A DNA stretch of 63,318 nt, filler included, from 7 parts of 7 records of this genome joined end to end with filler, not necessarily neighbours in it, one strand, 5' to 3'; shown: positions 18,504-29,293, counted from the first letter of the whole stretch. The notes: generated by a model not told the origin, from the sequence alone. Program-made: numbers and translations.

Positions 18504-19370
18504 TCAATCCTCCTCTGGCTCCATTTCCTGAATACCGAGGATTGCACCTGTCGGGTCCGAAAAAAGAGCCACTCGTCCAGACTTCACATCCATCTGTGGT
18601 GCAATCAAAATACGCCCGCCATTGGCCTGAATTAACTTCACTGTAGCTTGAATATCGACAACAGCCACATAAGGAACCCATTGAGGATCAACGTTTTCCC
18701 ACGGGATAGAGACCACACCCGCCCGAGGCCGGTCATCCGTCAACAAAAGTTTATATTGCACCTTGTCATGCACCGCGACATCTTCAGCCGTATATCCCCC
18801 AAGGCGTGTATAAAACGCGACGGCTTGATCCACGTCATGCGTCCACAGTTCACTCCCCATCCAACCGTTGGCTTGAGGCTTGCTATCTGGCGGATCGCCA
18901 ACAGGCGAATGAAGCAAGGCTACAGGGGCCTTCTGGGGGTCAATAACAACGGCGATGCGTCCTCTGTTCGGCATCTCCTTGGGAAGGGTGTACCCGGTCG
19001 CTCCCGCGCTTAAGGCAGCGTCATACGCATGATCAGTATCTGCTACCGACATGTAAGAAAGCCATTGAGAATCACCCGGCGTCGAATCTCGCCCTATCAT
19101 ATTCCCGACAAACTGCCCTTGGTGCATGATGTTTTTCACTTGTGCATTGCCTTCATTGGCCCTTTCAAAGTCCCAATCAAAGACACGATCATAAAAATTC
19201 TGCGCAGTAGTCATGTCCGTGGTAAACAAATCAAACCACACAAACTTCCCGTTCAGTTGCAACTTTGCGGCATCCATAGTGACTGGCGGGACAATAATCT
19301 TGGTTGAACACCCGGCCAATCCGAGAAACAGAAGCAAAGAAAGTGATGCGCAACGCATAAAATTGTTCAT
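18504..19370 (-). CDS. VOC/glyoxalase-family two-domain lipoprotein
   Basis: Lipobox LAGC; FVWFDLFTTD, WLSYMSV, GRIAVVIDPQ, WVPYVAV, DPTGA. Confidence 0.85.
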   Translation of the reverse strand: MNNFMRCASLSLLLFLGLAGCSTKIIVPPVTMDAAKLQLNGKFVWFDLFTTDMTTAQNFYDRVFDWDFERANEGNAQVKNIMHQGQFVGNMIGRDSTPGDSQWLSYMSVADTDHAYDAALSAGATGYTLPKEMPNRGRIAVVIDPQKAPVALLHSPVGDPPDSKPQANGWMGSELWTHDVDQAVAFYTRLGGYTAEDVAVHDKVQYKLLLTDDRPRAGVVSIPWENVDPQWVPYVAVVDIQATVKLIQANGGRILIAPQMDVKSGRVALFSDPTGAILGIQEMEPEED

Positions 19371-19467
19371 GCGGCTATCCTATGTGTAAAAGGTTCTTAC
19401 TTACAGCCTGTTGCGGCGTGTTTTTGGGTGTAACACACCCATCGGATAAAAGTGAACCCCACAACCC

Positions 19468-19499
19468 AAAAGCGCCATTCCAAATTTGGAATGGCGCTT
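19468..19499 (-). terminator. 30-bp perfect palindrome, likely terminator
   Basis: aagcgccattccaaa|tttggaatggcgctt at 19470-19499, downstream of the methyltransferase. Confidence 0.7.
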
Positions 19500-19533
19500 A
19501 GGTACTTCATGTAAAATCTTGCTGGACAAAACA

Positions 19534-20484
19534 TTAATCGCCAGCGCTCCCCTTCCTGTTCAATTCCTCACGCAATTTTTTTGCTTTTTCCATTACCTTT
19601 TCAAAACTGCTTGGGACAATTGGATGCGCAATAAGCGGGGGGGCCATACCAAGAGGATTAGGCGTATTCAGCCGATATGATTCTAGATACCCGCCGCTAG
19701 GTGTAGGATCATAATCTTCTGGTTCGCGTTCCTTTTGCAATGTAACAATCAGCGAAGGTGCTAAAAACAACGGATATGTTTGCCGAATATCATATGGCAA
19801 CGCTATGTCAATTGGTGGGACATCCAACCCCAGCTCCGGCGGCGGCAGACGCAAAACACGAAGATCTTTCCGCGCCTCCAAATGACTCAAGTCCACTTGC
19901 TGAGGGATATTTGGGAAATATTCGGTTGCCTGAAATCCGGCGACAAAAGCAACATCAATGAAACTCTTCAATGTATACCAACGGATATGGGTATAATCCC
20001 ACGTCCCGCCGGAGACATACGGGAAGTCACCGGTAAGGATATTATAAAGGCAACTCCAGCTCTGTACATTTGGAATTTCAAGAACGACTTTGCCGCCAAC
20101 GGCTAGGTACTTATTAAATTTCTTAAGTACATACCACGGGTCATAGGTGTGTTCCAGCGACATAGGCGCCAAAATGAAATTGAAATATTGTTCAAATTCA
20201 GGTTCAAGCCAGGAATCTTTGTCATTCAGATCAATCAACCAGGTTTTCTCAAGCAATCCATCGGCATTCTTAATCCAATTGGGATTGACTTCAATACCAT
20301 ACATCTCACGACAAGCATTGTCTCGTTCAAGGCCAAGCAACAACGAAGCATCCCCGAATCCATATTCCAGTATTCGTGATGAACCTTCCGGAATCTGTAT
20401 AGCTATCGGGTGACGATAACTACCTGCTTTCAACCGTGTTTCGATAATACGATTTTTCCGTTCTTCAATGCTCATATTCTGCAT
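19534..20484 (-). CDS. Class I SAM-dependent methyltransferase
   Basis: ILEYGFGDAS (motif I variant), YGIE, LEHTYDP, IPNV, DYTHIRWYT. Confidence 0.75.
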   Translation of the reverse strand: MQNMSIEERKNRIIETRLKAGSYRHPIAIQIPEGSSRILEYGFGDASLLLGLERDNACREMYGIEVNPNWIKNADGLLEKTWLIDLNDKDSWLEPEFEQYFNFILAPMSLEHTYDPWYVLKKFNKYLAVGGKVVLEIPNVQSWSCLYNILTGDFPYVSGGTWDYTHIRWYTLKSFIDVAFVAGFQATEYFPNIPQQVDLSHLEARKDLRVLRLPPPELGLDVPPIDIALPYDIRQTYPLFLAPSLIVTLQKEREPEDYDPTPSGGYLESYRLNTPNPLGMAPPLIAHPIVPSSFEKVMEKAKKLREELNRKGSAGD

Positions 20485-20620
20485 AGTTTGCTCATTTCAT
20501 AGATTGATTAAACCGTTTTCAGTCGCATTCTTCCTTAAGCCAAACACCCGTCTTGTTGTACGATAACCGATCACGCCGTTCGAACGTATTCAAAAAAACG
20601 ACACGCCGTGCACTAGCTGC

Positions 20621-20655
20621 AAAAAAAGGGCCGCTCCAAATTTGGAGCGACCCTT
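20621..20655 (-). terminator. Terminator of the dsrMKJOP operon
   Basis: aagggccgctccaaa|tttggagcgaccctt with a minus-strand T-run. Confidence 0.8.
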
Positions 20656-20717
20656 GTTCGAGCCTTTGAACCTAACGAGGTGACGTTACGTGGCTAGGCT
20701 TTCTAGCAGTTACCAAT

Positions 20718-21965
20718 TTACGCCTCGGCAGGGGTTTCTTCTACTTCTGCCTCAGCAGGGGCGCAATCACATGCGTCCTCTGTAGAGCAACCGCAAGGCA
20801 GGGCCTGGGAATGACCCATTTCTTCTTTCACTTCCGTGGCGACCTTAAAGAGAATGGTCACGATGAGTGCACCAATGGCATAAATCATCATGGAAACCAG
20901 AAGCTCTTTACCAGTAGGCCAGTACGGAGTGATGGTATCAAACGGAGTTGGGTTGAAACCACCGATCAGCAAGCCAAGTCCCTTGTCAAGCCAGGTAGCG
21001 ATCACGAGGATAACAAGAGTCCAAGGCAGAAGCTTCATGTTATTACGGAACTTCGGCGTCACCAACAGGGTGATGGAGATGGCTGCAAAGCCAATGAAGG
21101 TCCACATGAGGCCGACCAGTTCATGATGGCCGTGAGCACCTGCAAACAGGTAAACCAACGGATGCATGTGGCCGGGCATATTGGAATAGAAGGCGGTGAA
21201 GACTTCAAGGGCAAAGAAGAACATGTTCACGCACATGGCGTAGGCAATGATCTTGACCAAAGTCTTCAAAGCGTTCTTGGGCATCTTGAAGGTGGTTACC
21301 CTCTCGGTGACCAGCATTACGAGCGTCAGGATCGCAGGACCGGCGCAGAACGCGGAAGCAAGGAAGCGGGCAGCCAGAATGGCGGTAAGCCAGTAGTGGC
21401 GACCAGGCAGGCCCTGATACAGGAACGCGGTCACGGTATGGATCGAGAAAGCCCATATAATGGATATGTAGATGAACGGCTTGAGCCACTTCGGGTGCGG
21501 CAAATTCGCACGATCAGCAGTCAGGCAGGTCCAACCTACGAACAGGTTCAGGAACAGATAGCCATTAATGACCATCGCATCCCAAAACAGCACAGAGTTC
21601 GGAGTGGGGTGGAGGAACATGTTCATCATGCGGCTCGGCTGACCGATGTCGACAACGACGAACAGAAGGCACATTATACAGGCCGCGATCGCCATGAACT
21701 CACCGAAGATGACCATGTGCTTATTGGCCTTGTAGCCATGGAAGTAGTTTGGCAGCACGATCATAACACCGGAAGCGGCCAAACCAACGAGATAGGTAAG
21801 CTGGGAGATGTAAAATCCCCAGGACACATCACGACTCATGCCGGTGGTTTTCAGACCGACCATCAGCTGATTGAGATATGCCAAGGCACCGATTCCAATC
21901 AGCACCAGGAGGAACGCAACCCAGGCATAGTATCTTTTGGAGCCTTTGAGAGCTAATTCAAGCAT
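20718..21965 (-). CDS. dsrP: DsrMKJOP complex subunit DsrP (NrfD/PsrC family)
   Basis: TGMSRDVSWG, DIGQP, SIHTVTAFLY; about 10 TMs; follows dsrO. Confidence 0.95.
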   Translation of the reverse strand: MLELALKGSKRYYAWVAFLLVLIGIGALAYLNQLMVGLKTTGMSRDVSWGFYISQLTYLVGLAASGVMIVLPNYFHGYKANKHMVIFGEFMAIAACIMCLLFVVVDIGQPSRMMNMFLHPTPNSVLFWDAMVINGYLFLNLFVGWTCLTADRANLPHPKWLKPFIYISIIWAFSIHTVTAFLYQGLPGRHYWLTAILAARFLASAFCAGPAILTLVMLVTERVTTFKMPKNALKTLVKIIAYAMCVNMFFFALEVFTAFYSNMPGHMHPLVYLFAGAHGHHELVGLMWTFIGFAAISITLLVTPKFRNNMKLLPWTLVILVIATWLDKGLGLLIGGFNPTPFDTITPYWPTGKELLVSMMIYAIGALIVTILFKVATEVKEEMGHSQALPCGCSTEDACDCAPAEAEVEETPAEA

Positions 21966-21974
21966 GTAGTCCCC

Positions 21975-22745
21975 CTATATGATGTAGTAAACACTGGGCT
22001 CGGTGCCGACAGTGGGTTTACGACGGATGGTGAACCGCTCGCGAAGGACCTTGCGAACATCGGAATCGGGATCATTGAGATCACCGAAAATGATGGCGCC
22101 CTCGGAGGCTTCCACGCAGGCGGGCTGCTTGCCCACGGCCAGACGTTCGACGCAGAAGTTGCACTTCTCGACGACGCCGCGCATGCGGGTGGGGAACTCA
22201 GGGTTCAACTTTGCCAAATCGAGGTTTTCACGGGGTTCGCCCCAGTTGAATGAACGGGAGCCAAAGGGGCATGCAGCCATACAATACCGACAGCCGATGC
22301 AGCGGTGGTAATCCATGGCGACAATGCCGTCAGGGCGCCTGAATGTTGCCTTGGTCGGGCAGACACGCACACAAGATGGCTCTTCACAGTGGTTGCACAG
22401 CAACGGAAACGCGCGGTGGTGAATTTCTTCAGCCAGATGCGGATTTTCCTGTTCCGGGAAAGTGTGGGCATATGTATCAGACCACAGCCATTTCACTTCC
22501 TGTTTGTTCGCAATGCTTGGAACGTTGTGAATGGAGTGACAGATTTCCGCCAACTTGGCGATATCTTCCTCAGTGTGCAACTTGGTGGTGTCGATGACCA
22601 TGCCCCAATGTTTGGCATGGACGGCATCGGCATTGACCTTGACCGGAGAATGTCCACCGCCGGAGGCCATGGCCTTGGGAGCCACTGCCAGCCCAGCCGC
22701 GGCAATACCGGCAAGCTTGATGAATGTTCTTCTGTTTTTATTCAT
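21975..22745 (-). CDS. dsrO: DsrO periplasmic 4Fe-4S protein
   Basis: Tat RRTFIK; CNHCEEPSCVRVCP, CIGCRYCMAACP, KCNFC; TAATG overlap with dsrJ. Confidence 0.95.
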   Translation of the reverse strand: MNKNRRTFIKLAGIAAAGLAVAPKAMASGGGHSPVKVNADAVHAKHWGMVIDTTKLHTEEDIAKLAEICHSIHNVPSIANKQEVKWLWSDTYAHTFPEQENPHLAEEIHHRAFPLLCNHCEEPSCVRVCPTKATFRRPDGIVAMDYHRCIGCRYCMAACPFGSRSFNWGEPRENLDLAKLNPEFPTRMRGVVEKCNFCVERLAVGKQPACVEASEGAIIFGDLNDPDSDVRKVLRERFTIRRKPTVGTEPSVYYII

Positions 22746-23134
22746 TATTTCAAACCCTCCGGCTGAATGTGACAATCCCAGCAGTAGGGAGAGACACCAG
22801 CATCAGTATGACACTTGTCGCAGAATTCGGCCTTGTTCGTATGGCACTTCATGCAAGTGTTCTGCAGAGAGATAGTAAACTCTTTGCCCTTGTGGTTCGT
22901 ATAGATCCGCTTGCCGTCACGCAGGGCCCAGTCGCGCCAGTCATTGAGAAGCTGCATGTGCTTTTCGCGCATGAACTCCTTGGACTCGATGCATTCCTTT
23001 TCGCCTGCGGGGAGTTTGAGCTCAGGCTGCTTGTACTCCTTGGTCACGACTTTGCCGATCGCAAACGGAGCGCAAAGCAAACCAAAGAAGATGAGCAGGC
23101 CGACGATGATGGGGAAACCATTCTGCATTTTCAT
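22745..23134 (-). CDS. dsrJ: DsrJ triheme cytochrome c
   Basis: Three CxxCH motifs (CMKCH, CDKCH, CWDCH) plus CIES...MREKHMQLL. Confidence 0.95.
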   Translation of the reverse strand: MKMQNGFPIIVGLLIFFGLLCAPFAIGKVVTKEYKQPELKLPAGEKECIESKEFMREKHMQLLNDWRDWALRDGKRIYTNHKGKEFTISLQNTCMKCHTNKAEFCDKCHTDAGVSPYCWDCHIQPEGLK

Positions 23135-23477
23135 TTATGCATCCTCCATGTTCGGGGGAGTCCAATCGTCCTCTTCGTCCTCAAATCCGGGCAGATACTC
23201 CTGACGGAGATCCATCTTACGTTCGGACTCGCCTTCCATGACCAATGCGTTGGCGACCAGTTCGTGAACACCGGCGATAGTCACACCGGGTGCCCAGTAG
23301 TCAGCCAGCGGGATCAGGGTAGCGCGGTCAATGGCGCAGATGCAGGCCATGGTGTTGACGCCATGTTTTTCCTGCACATATCTGAGAGCGTTACCGCGAG
23401 GCAGGCCACCGCGCAAGCGGATTTCCATGATCTCATCGGTGTTCAGACCGGAACCGCCAGCGCAGCAGAAAGTCTGC
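23135..23477 (-). CDS. dsrK: DsrK, C-terminal fragment (5' end beyond contig edge)
   Basis: TFCCAGGSGL and MACICAIDR (CCG domain) directly upstream of dsrJ. Confidence 0.92.
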
Positions 23478-23577
23478 NNNNNNNNNNNNNNNNNNNNNNN
23501 NNNNNNNNNNNNNNNNNNNNNTTAATTAATTAANNNNNNNNNNNNNNNNNNNNNNNNNNNNNNNNNNNNNNNNNNNN
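23478..23577. other. Artificial contig spacer
   Basis: N44-TTAATTAATTAA-N44. Confidence 0.99.
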
Positions 23578-23663
23578 TGACAGTATTTATGGCAATCACT
23601 ATAAATAATTCAACAGGTTACAAGCCATAAAAGACTGGTTGCAGTCGATTTTGGACAGTATTG
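23578..23663 (-). mobile_element. Probable terminus of an IS4-family element cut by the contig edge
   Basis: Minus strand CAATACTGTCCAAAA (23663-23649) resembles IS4-type terminal IRs as I recall them, followed by an IHF-like TAACCTGTTGAATT; no transposase visible. Confidence 0.4.
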
Positions 23664-24261
23664 AGTTTGTATGAGTTTTTACTTAATTTACGGTGCCGTC
23701 AGCGTTGTTTCTGTTTCAGATTACGGCTCTGAATGCATTACATTAACAATGTAATCCGCTTCGTTCCAGGGGAAGTGAATTTCAGTCCATAGAGTTGTAA
23801 ATGTATTGAATACTGAAATAATTATGCACTGATCGTCCCAAAATGTCGAGGGAAAATAAGGGGTGCGTCCATATAGCATGAGTTGAACTGCTCTTCGGCG
23901 CCATATAGCCAGGATGGGCATGCTTTTTCTTTAACCGCCCGTCTCCTCTACTTGGGTGAACGTCCTAAATTGGTCGTGGAAAGGCTGCCGCGGTAAAGAT
24001 AGTTGTCAGTTTCGGAAATGCTTGTGAAATCGCTCATCTAATGGTCGCTTTTTTGCAAAACATAATTTAGTAGGATATCATTCTAATGCATTTTGCTTAT
24101 GTTCGTTTTTAATAGGATAAGGAAACCCATGAAAAGTTTTATACTATGAAACTTGAAGCTTTGCGCTCGATTTTGCTTTTAGGTGATAAATCATTGCTTA
24201 AAACAGTAAATATATAGCCAGGCCAACTGATTCTGGATTCTTTCTAAACGGGTTCCGATAC

Positions 24262-26739
24262 GTGGATAGATACAGAAATTACATAATTTGTTTTATATTT
24301 CTAGCCTTTTGGGCGGGTGTCGCTTCTGATTGCGAAGCTTTCACACACCCTCGTGCAAAAACGGGCCGTCTGGATCTAAGCAATTGGAATTTTCAGAAAC
24401 AGGGCTATGTAAATCTTGACGGGGAATGGTCCTTTTATTGGAATTCACTGCCTTCGCCCGCTGAAATAGATAATGAACAGTCGTCCGGATATATTGAAGT
24501 CCCCGGTACATGGAACAAACACATTAAAGATTCAAGATTTGGATCCAGTGGACATGGATTTGCCGCATACAGACTGCGAGTCCGAATACCCGAGACAAAC
24601 GAGCCGTTGGCTTTGAAGATTCTTTATGCCGCCACATCGAATATCATCTTTATTAACGGGCGTCGGGTGTCAATTTCAGGAAAGGTCGGTAAATCTTCCG
24701 AAGAAATGTCTCCGAGTTATTTCCCGCATGTAGCGCGGTTTTCTTCAAATGAGAGAGAATTGGATATAGTCATGCATATATCCAATTTCCATCACTGGCA
24801 GGGCGGGGCCTGGAAATCAATAAAATTAGGTCTGGCCGATCAACTTTTTTTTGAAAGACAAAAAGCTGTGATGACCGATTTTTTCATTTTTGGCGGGCTG
24901 CTATTCTTTGGGATTTATCACATTATACTTTTTTTATTGAGAAAAATGGATGTTTCGCCGCTTTATTACGGCTTTTTTTGTATTTTGATCGCCATAAGAA
25001 TAGTATTTACCGGCGAGCGCGCTATATATGTTTTCATGCCGGGCCTGGACTGGAATTTATCGCTAAGAGTGGTTTACATCGGTCTGTATTTGGCCATTCC
25101 TGTCTTTGTTCTTTACTTCCAATCGCTTTTCCCAAAAGAATTAGATAAGAAGGCTGTAATTATTTTTTCAGGTTGGGGAGTTCTTTTATCTCTTATTGCC
25201 TTATTGTCGCCGGCAAGAGTCTTTACATACACAATGCCTGTTTTTCAATTAAGCGTGTTTGTCGTCATTTTATACGGATCGTACGTTGCGACAATCGCTT
25301 TAATCAGAAACCGAAAGGGCGCCTTGGTCTTTTTTCTCGGTTATATGATTGTCTGCCTGGCAACTATAAATGACATCCTTTATTCCAGGCAGATAATCTC
25401 AACCCAATACGTGATTCAGTATGGCTTTTCGTTTTTTATAATTGTTCAATCCTTGATATTGGCCAAGCGGTTTTCGGATGCATTTTATAAAGTTGAGGAC
25501 CAGCGCCTGGAGATACAGAATATCAATCAATCTCTCAGGCAGGAAATAGGGGAGCGCCGGCAAGCGGAAAATGAAAAGGAAACGCTCCAGCAACAGCTCC
25601 TTCAGGCCCAAAAAATGGAGGCGGTCGGGACGCTTGCCGGCGGGATAGCCCACGATTTCAACAACCTGCTCCAGGCCGTCAAGGGATATACTCAGCTTTT
25701 ACTCATGAATAAAAAAGAAGGCGAACCTGATTATCCCAGGTTGATCGGGATTGAAAAAGCGAGTGATAGAGCGGCTCAACTCGTTCGGCAACTTCTCCTG
25801 TTCAGCCGAAAAGTGGAAACAGAACGCCGTATGCTCGACCTCAACCGGGAAGTTGAGCAAGCCCAAAGCCTGTTGGAAAGAACAATCCCTAAAATGATAG
25901 ATATCGAGCTCGATTTGAGCAGTGTTTTAATGACTGTCAAAGCCGATCCGGTTCAAATCGAGCAAATTTTGTTAAACATGGCCGGTAACGCCGCGGATGC
26001 CATGCCTGAAGGCGGAAAGTTGGCTTTCAAGACCGAGAATGCGGTTTTGGATGAAGTATTCTGCCAAAAAAACATAGGCGCCGTTCCAGGGAGTTATGTG
26101 CTGTTGTCGATCTACGATACCGGTAATGGAATGGATCATGAAACCGTTGAGCATATTTTTGAACCATTCTTTACGACCAAGGAAATCGGAATGGGAACCG
26201 GACTCGGTTTAGCGTCGGTATACGGAATAGTTAAGAAACATGGAGGTTATATCTGTTGCAACAGTGAGGTCGACGCCGGATCTACTTTTCGAATTTATTT
26301 GCCGGCCCATGAAAAAAAGGCTGAAATTAAACGTGAAGAAGTTATCGATCAGCCAACACGGAAAGGAACGGAAACAATACTTCTTGTGGATGACGAAGAA
26401 CAAATCCGGGATGTTGCTTCCGAGTTGTTTACAGAGTTTGGATATAGAGTCATGACTGCTTCAAGCGGTGAGCAAGCTATTGATATTTATAAAGATAAAT
26501 CAGATGAAATAGACCTGGTCGTTCTTGATATCGGCATGCCAGGTATGGGGGGGTACAAGTGTTTTCGCCGGATCATACAATATGATTCTGACGCCATGAT
26601 TCTTATCGCCAGCGGATACCCGGTAGACGGCCAAATAAGAAAGGCCCTGGAATCGGGAGCGGCCGGCTATATCGGCAAACCATATAAGCTGTCTGAACTT
26701 TTAGGAAAGGCCAGAGAAACCCTGGATCGGCGCAACTGA
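24262..26739 (+). CDS. Hybrid histidine kinase, 7TM-DISM sensor + HisKA/HATPase + receiver
   Basis: LDGEWSFYW beta-sandwich, seven TMs, [30 protein letters not shown]. Confidence 0.92.
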   Translation: MDRYRNYIICFIFLAFWAGVASDCEAFTHPRAKTGRLDLSNWNFQKQGYVNLDGEWSFYWNSLPSPAEIDNEQSSGYIEVPGTWNKHIKDSRFGSSGHGFAAYRLRVRIPETNEPLALKILYAATSNIIFINGRRVSISGKVGKSSEEMSPSYFPHVARFSSNERELDIVMHISNFHHWQGGAWKSIKLGLADQLFFERQKAVMTDFFIFGGLLFFGIYHIILFLLRKMDVSPLYYGFFCILIAIRIVFTGERAIYVFMPGLDWNLSLRVVYIGLYLAIPVFVLYFQSLFPKELDKKAVIIFSGWGVLLSLIALLSPARVFTYTMPVFQLSVFVVILYGSYVATIALIRNRKGALVFFLGYMIVCLATINDILYSRQIISTQYVIQYGFSFFIIVQSLILAKRFSDAFYKVEDQRLEIQNINQSLRQEIGERRQAENEKETLQQQLLQAQKMEAVGTLAGGIAHDFNNLLQAVKGYTQLLLMNKKEGEPDYPRLIGIEKASDRAAQLVRQLLLFSRKVETERRMLDLNREVEQAQSLLERTIPKMIDIELDLSSVLMTVKADPVQIEQILLNMAGNAADAMPEGGKLAFKTENAVLDEVFCQKNIGAVPGSYVLLSIYDTGNGMDHETVEHIFEPFFTTKEIGMGTGLGLASVYGIVKKHGGYICCNSEVDAGSTFRIYLPAHEKKAEIKREEVIDQPTRKGTETILLVDDEEQIRDVASELFTEFGYRVMTASSGEQAIDIYKDKSDEIDLVVLDIGMPGMGGYKCFRRIIQYDSDAMILIASGYPVDGQIRKALESGAAGYIGKPYKLSELLGKARETLDRRN

Positions 26740-26899
26740 TCGGGCTTGACTCCAACATTTTTTTAACCGTTGTTTTTAAAAATGCAGGCATCGATGAGAT
26801 TCAAGAATGGAAATGACAATCAGTCACTTATAGGTCTGCTGTAACTATTTGCCTTGATTATAAAAATATGAATTGTCCAAAAAGGGCGGGCAATTTTTC

Positions 26900-29293
26900 T
26901 TATTTGACTTCGTCCAATACATCTCTTACTTTAGATAGTAAATCCTTTATAATATATGGCTTGCCGACATAGGCGGATCCGCCTGCTTCCAGGGCGTCCC
27001 GCACTTGCCCCTCGGCCGTGTACCCGCTGGCGATAACTACTTTAATCAATGGATCAATGCTTTTCAGTTCGCGCAGGCACTGAAACCCGCCCATTCCGGG
27101 CATATTTATATCCAAAATGACCAGATTAATAACGTCCTTCTTAGGAGTATATATTTCGAGAGCTTCCTCTCCGTTGGAAGCCGTGAGAACGGTATAACCG
27201 AATTCAATAAGCATATGGGCGGCTACATGTCTGATTTGTTCTTCGTCGTCAACCAGAAGAATTGTTTCCGCGCCGCCCCGAGGGGTTGGTTCGGCGGGCG
27301 GGCTGGTCTCAATCGGGGCCGCATACTCAATTGCCGGTAGATAAATATGGAAATCGGTTCCTTGATTAACCTTGCTGTTACATAGGATATATCCATGATG
27401 GCTTTTAACAATGCCGTACACGGAAGCCAATCCGAGCCCGGTTCCTTGTCCTATTTCCTTGTTGGTAAAAAAGGGCTCGAATATTTTTTCCACGATTTCC
27501 TTTTTCATCCCATGACCAGAGTCGGAGACAGTCAGAACTACATATTGGCCGGGCTCTGCTCCCGGGATGTTTTGGATATGTTTTTCATCGAGTGTTATAT
27601 TGCCGGTTGTGATCAGGAGTTTCCCGCCGTCCGGCATGGCGTCGGCCGCGTTTTTTCCCAGGTTCAACATAATTTGCTCAATTTGAACCGGGTCGGCGTT
27701 AACGCTCCAAAGGCTTTCCTGCAATTTAAGTTCAATATCGATCATTTTCGGAATGGTTCTTTCAAGAACCTTGCCTGCCTGCTCTATCTCACGATTCACA
27801 TCAATCGGCTTTTTGGCCGTTTCCATCTTTCGGCTGAATAACAGTAGTTGTTGAACCAGTTCCTTTGCCCGGCGGCAGGCATCCTGGATGTTGCTCAATT
27901 TATTATAAGCATGAGAATTCGTTTCGTTTTCCCGCATGAGGAGTTGAGCGTACCCGGTGATGATCTGAATGATATTGTTGAAATCGTGGGCGACGCCCCC
28001 GGCGAGCGTACCGACGGCTTCCATTTTGTGCGCCTGTTGGAGTTGAGCCTGCAGTTTTTTTCTTTCGCTTATATCCCTGGTTACTCCGAGAATGGAAACC
28101 GGCTTCCCTGCCTGATCGCGTATAAAACTTAAGGAGACCTCGGTCCATATGGTCGAACCATCCTTATGGTATTGCTCCAACTCCAGCGTGCGCGACCTTG
28201 AAGGATCGGCTTTATGGTCGTTCCCCAATTCATCTTCCAGGGTTTTTGCAGCTAATTCAAGGGAGGAGGGAATCAATGTATCATGTAATTGAAAGCCGGT
28301 GGCTTCTTCATCGGTAAAGCCGGTAATTTTGACTACCGAAGGGCTTACGTAGGAAAAACGGGATGTTATCAGATCAAATATCCAGATATTATCAGTGACG
28401 TTAGTGGCCAATAACCGGTATTTTTCTTCGCTTTCCCTTAGTTCCTCTTCAACGCGTTTTCGGTCGGTTATATTGTGGGCCACTACCTGGGCGCTGACCG
28501 GTTTGCCGTCATGGTAGATAAGTCGCGTATTAAGGCTTCCCCAAATTCGGTCGCCGCTTTTGGTTATGAGTTCCAATTCGGTTGTATCCGAAATTCTTTG
28601 GCCGGTTCGCGTTCGAGTCTGTCTTTCAATAAATTTATTTTGAGTTTCCTCGGTCAGTATGTCCAAAGCATTCATTGACAGGAGTTCTTCCTTGGAATAG
28701 CCCAGGTATTCGCACATGACGTCATTGATGCTTATAAATCGTCCGGTATTTACGTCGATTTCATAAATGCCTGCCGGGGCGTGCTCCACAAGCTGCCGGT
28801 ATCGTTTCTCGCTTTCTATCAGGGCGTCCTCGGCGTGTTTTCGCTCGGTAATATTGTAGGCTACAACCTTGGCGCGGACCGGTTCTCCTTCGTGGTAGAT
28901 AAGGCGGCTGTTAATGCTCGCCCATATGTGTTTGCCAGTCCTGGTGATAAGCTCAAACTCCGCGGTTTCCGGTATTTTTTCACCGGCCAATGACTTTTGT
29001 CTGCGTTCAATAAAAAGTTTTTGGCTTTCTTCGGCAGCTAATTCCACAGGAGACATGGACAATAACTCATCCCGGGAATACTCGAGAAATTCGCACATTA
29101 CGTCATTGACGCTCAGGATCAAGCCTGTCTGCCAATCGACTTCGTAAATTCCAATCGGGGCGTGTTCCACCAATTGCCTGTATCGCTGCTCGCTTTCACG
29201 GAGAGCGTCTTCGACCTGTTTCCGCTTAATCGCTTCTTGCTCTAGGGCCTTTACCCGTTGTAATAGTTCATCATAGCTTGGACTGGTCGGCAT
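26900..29293 (-). CDS. Cytoplasmic hybrid histidine kinase with three PAS domains + receiver
   Basis: PAS ends NITERK / NITDRK / DISERK; AHDFNNII, GTGLGL, LDINMP. Confidence 0.93.
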   Translation of the reverse strand: MPTSPSYDELLQRVKALEQEAIKRKQVEDALRESEQRYRQLVEHAPIGIYEVDWQTGLILSVNDVMCEFLEYSRDELLSMSPVELAAEESQKLFIERRQKSLAGEKIPETAEFELITRTGKHIWASINSRLIYHEGEPVRAKVVAYNITERKHAEDALIESEKRYRQLVEHAPAGIYEIDVNTGRFISINDVMCEYLGYSKEELLSMNALDILTEETQNKFIERQTRTRTGQRISDTTELELITKSGDRIWGSLNTRLIYHDGKPVSAQVVAHNITDRKRVEEELRESEEKYRLLATNVTDNIWIFDLITSRFSYVSPSVVKITGFTDEEATGFQLHDTLIPSSLELAAKTLEDELGNDHKADPSRSRTLELEQYHKDGSTIWTEVSLSFIRDQAGKPVSILGVTRDISERKKLQAQLQQAHKMEAVGTLAGGVAHDFNNIIQIITGYAQLLMRENETNSHAYNKLSNIQDACRRAKELVQQLLLFSRKMETAKKPIDVNREIEQAGKVLERTIPKMIDIELKLQESLWSVNADPVQIEQIMLNLGKNAADAMPDGGKLLITTGNITLDEKHIQNIPGAEPGQYVVLTVSDSGHGMKKEIVEKIFEPFFTNKEIGQGTGLGLASVYGIVKSHHGYILCNSKVNQGTDFHIYLPAIEYAAPIETSPPAEPTPRGGAETILLVDDEEQIRHVAAHMLIEFGYTVLTASNGEEALEIYTPKKDVINLVILDINMPGMGGFQCLRELKSIDPLIKVVIASGYTAEGQVRDALEAGGSAYVGKPYIIKDLLSKVRDVLDEVK

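Noticed and set aside
20656..20716. tRNA-like structure in the dsrP 3' UTR (three short hairpins, GGTTCAAA)
   Set aside because: No acceptor stem or proper arm geometry; short stems are expected by chance.
23721..23921. 66-aa ORF or Y1-transposase remnant
   Set aside because: No HuH motif; similarity limited to a few residues.
24042..24057. Sigma54 promoter TGGTCGCTTTTTTGCA upstream of the 7TM kinase
   Set aside because: Spacing is right but the -24 box is weak and no enhancer palindrome is evident.
23135..26739. Regulatory link between the dsr genes and the hybrid kinases
   Set aside because: They are on different contigs separated by a spacer.
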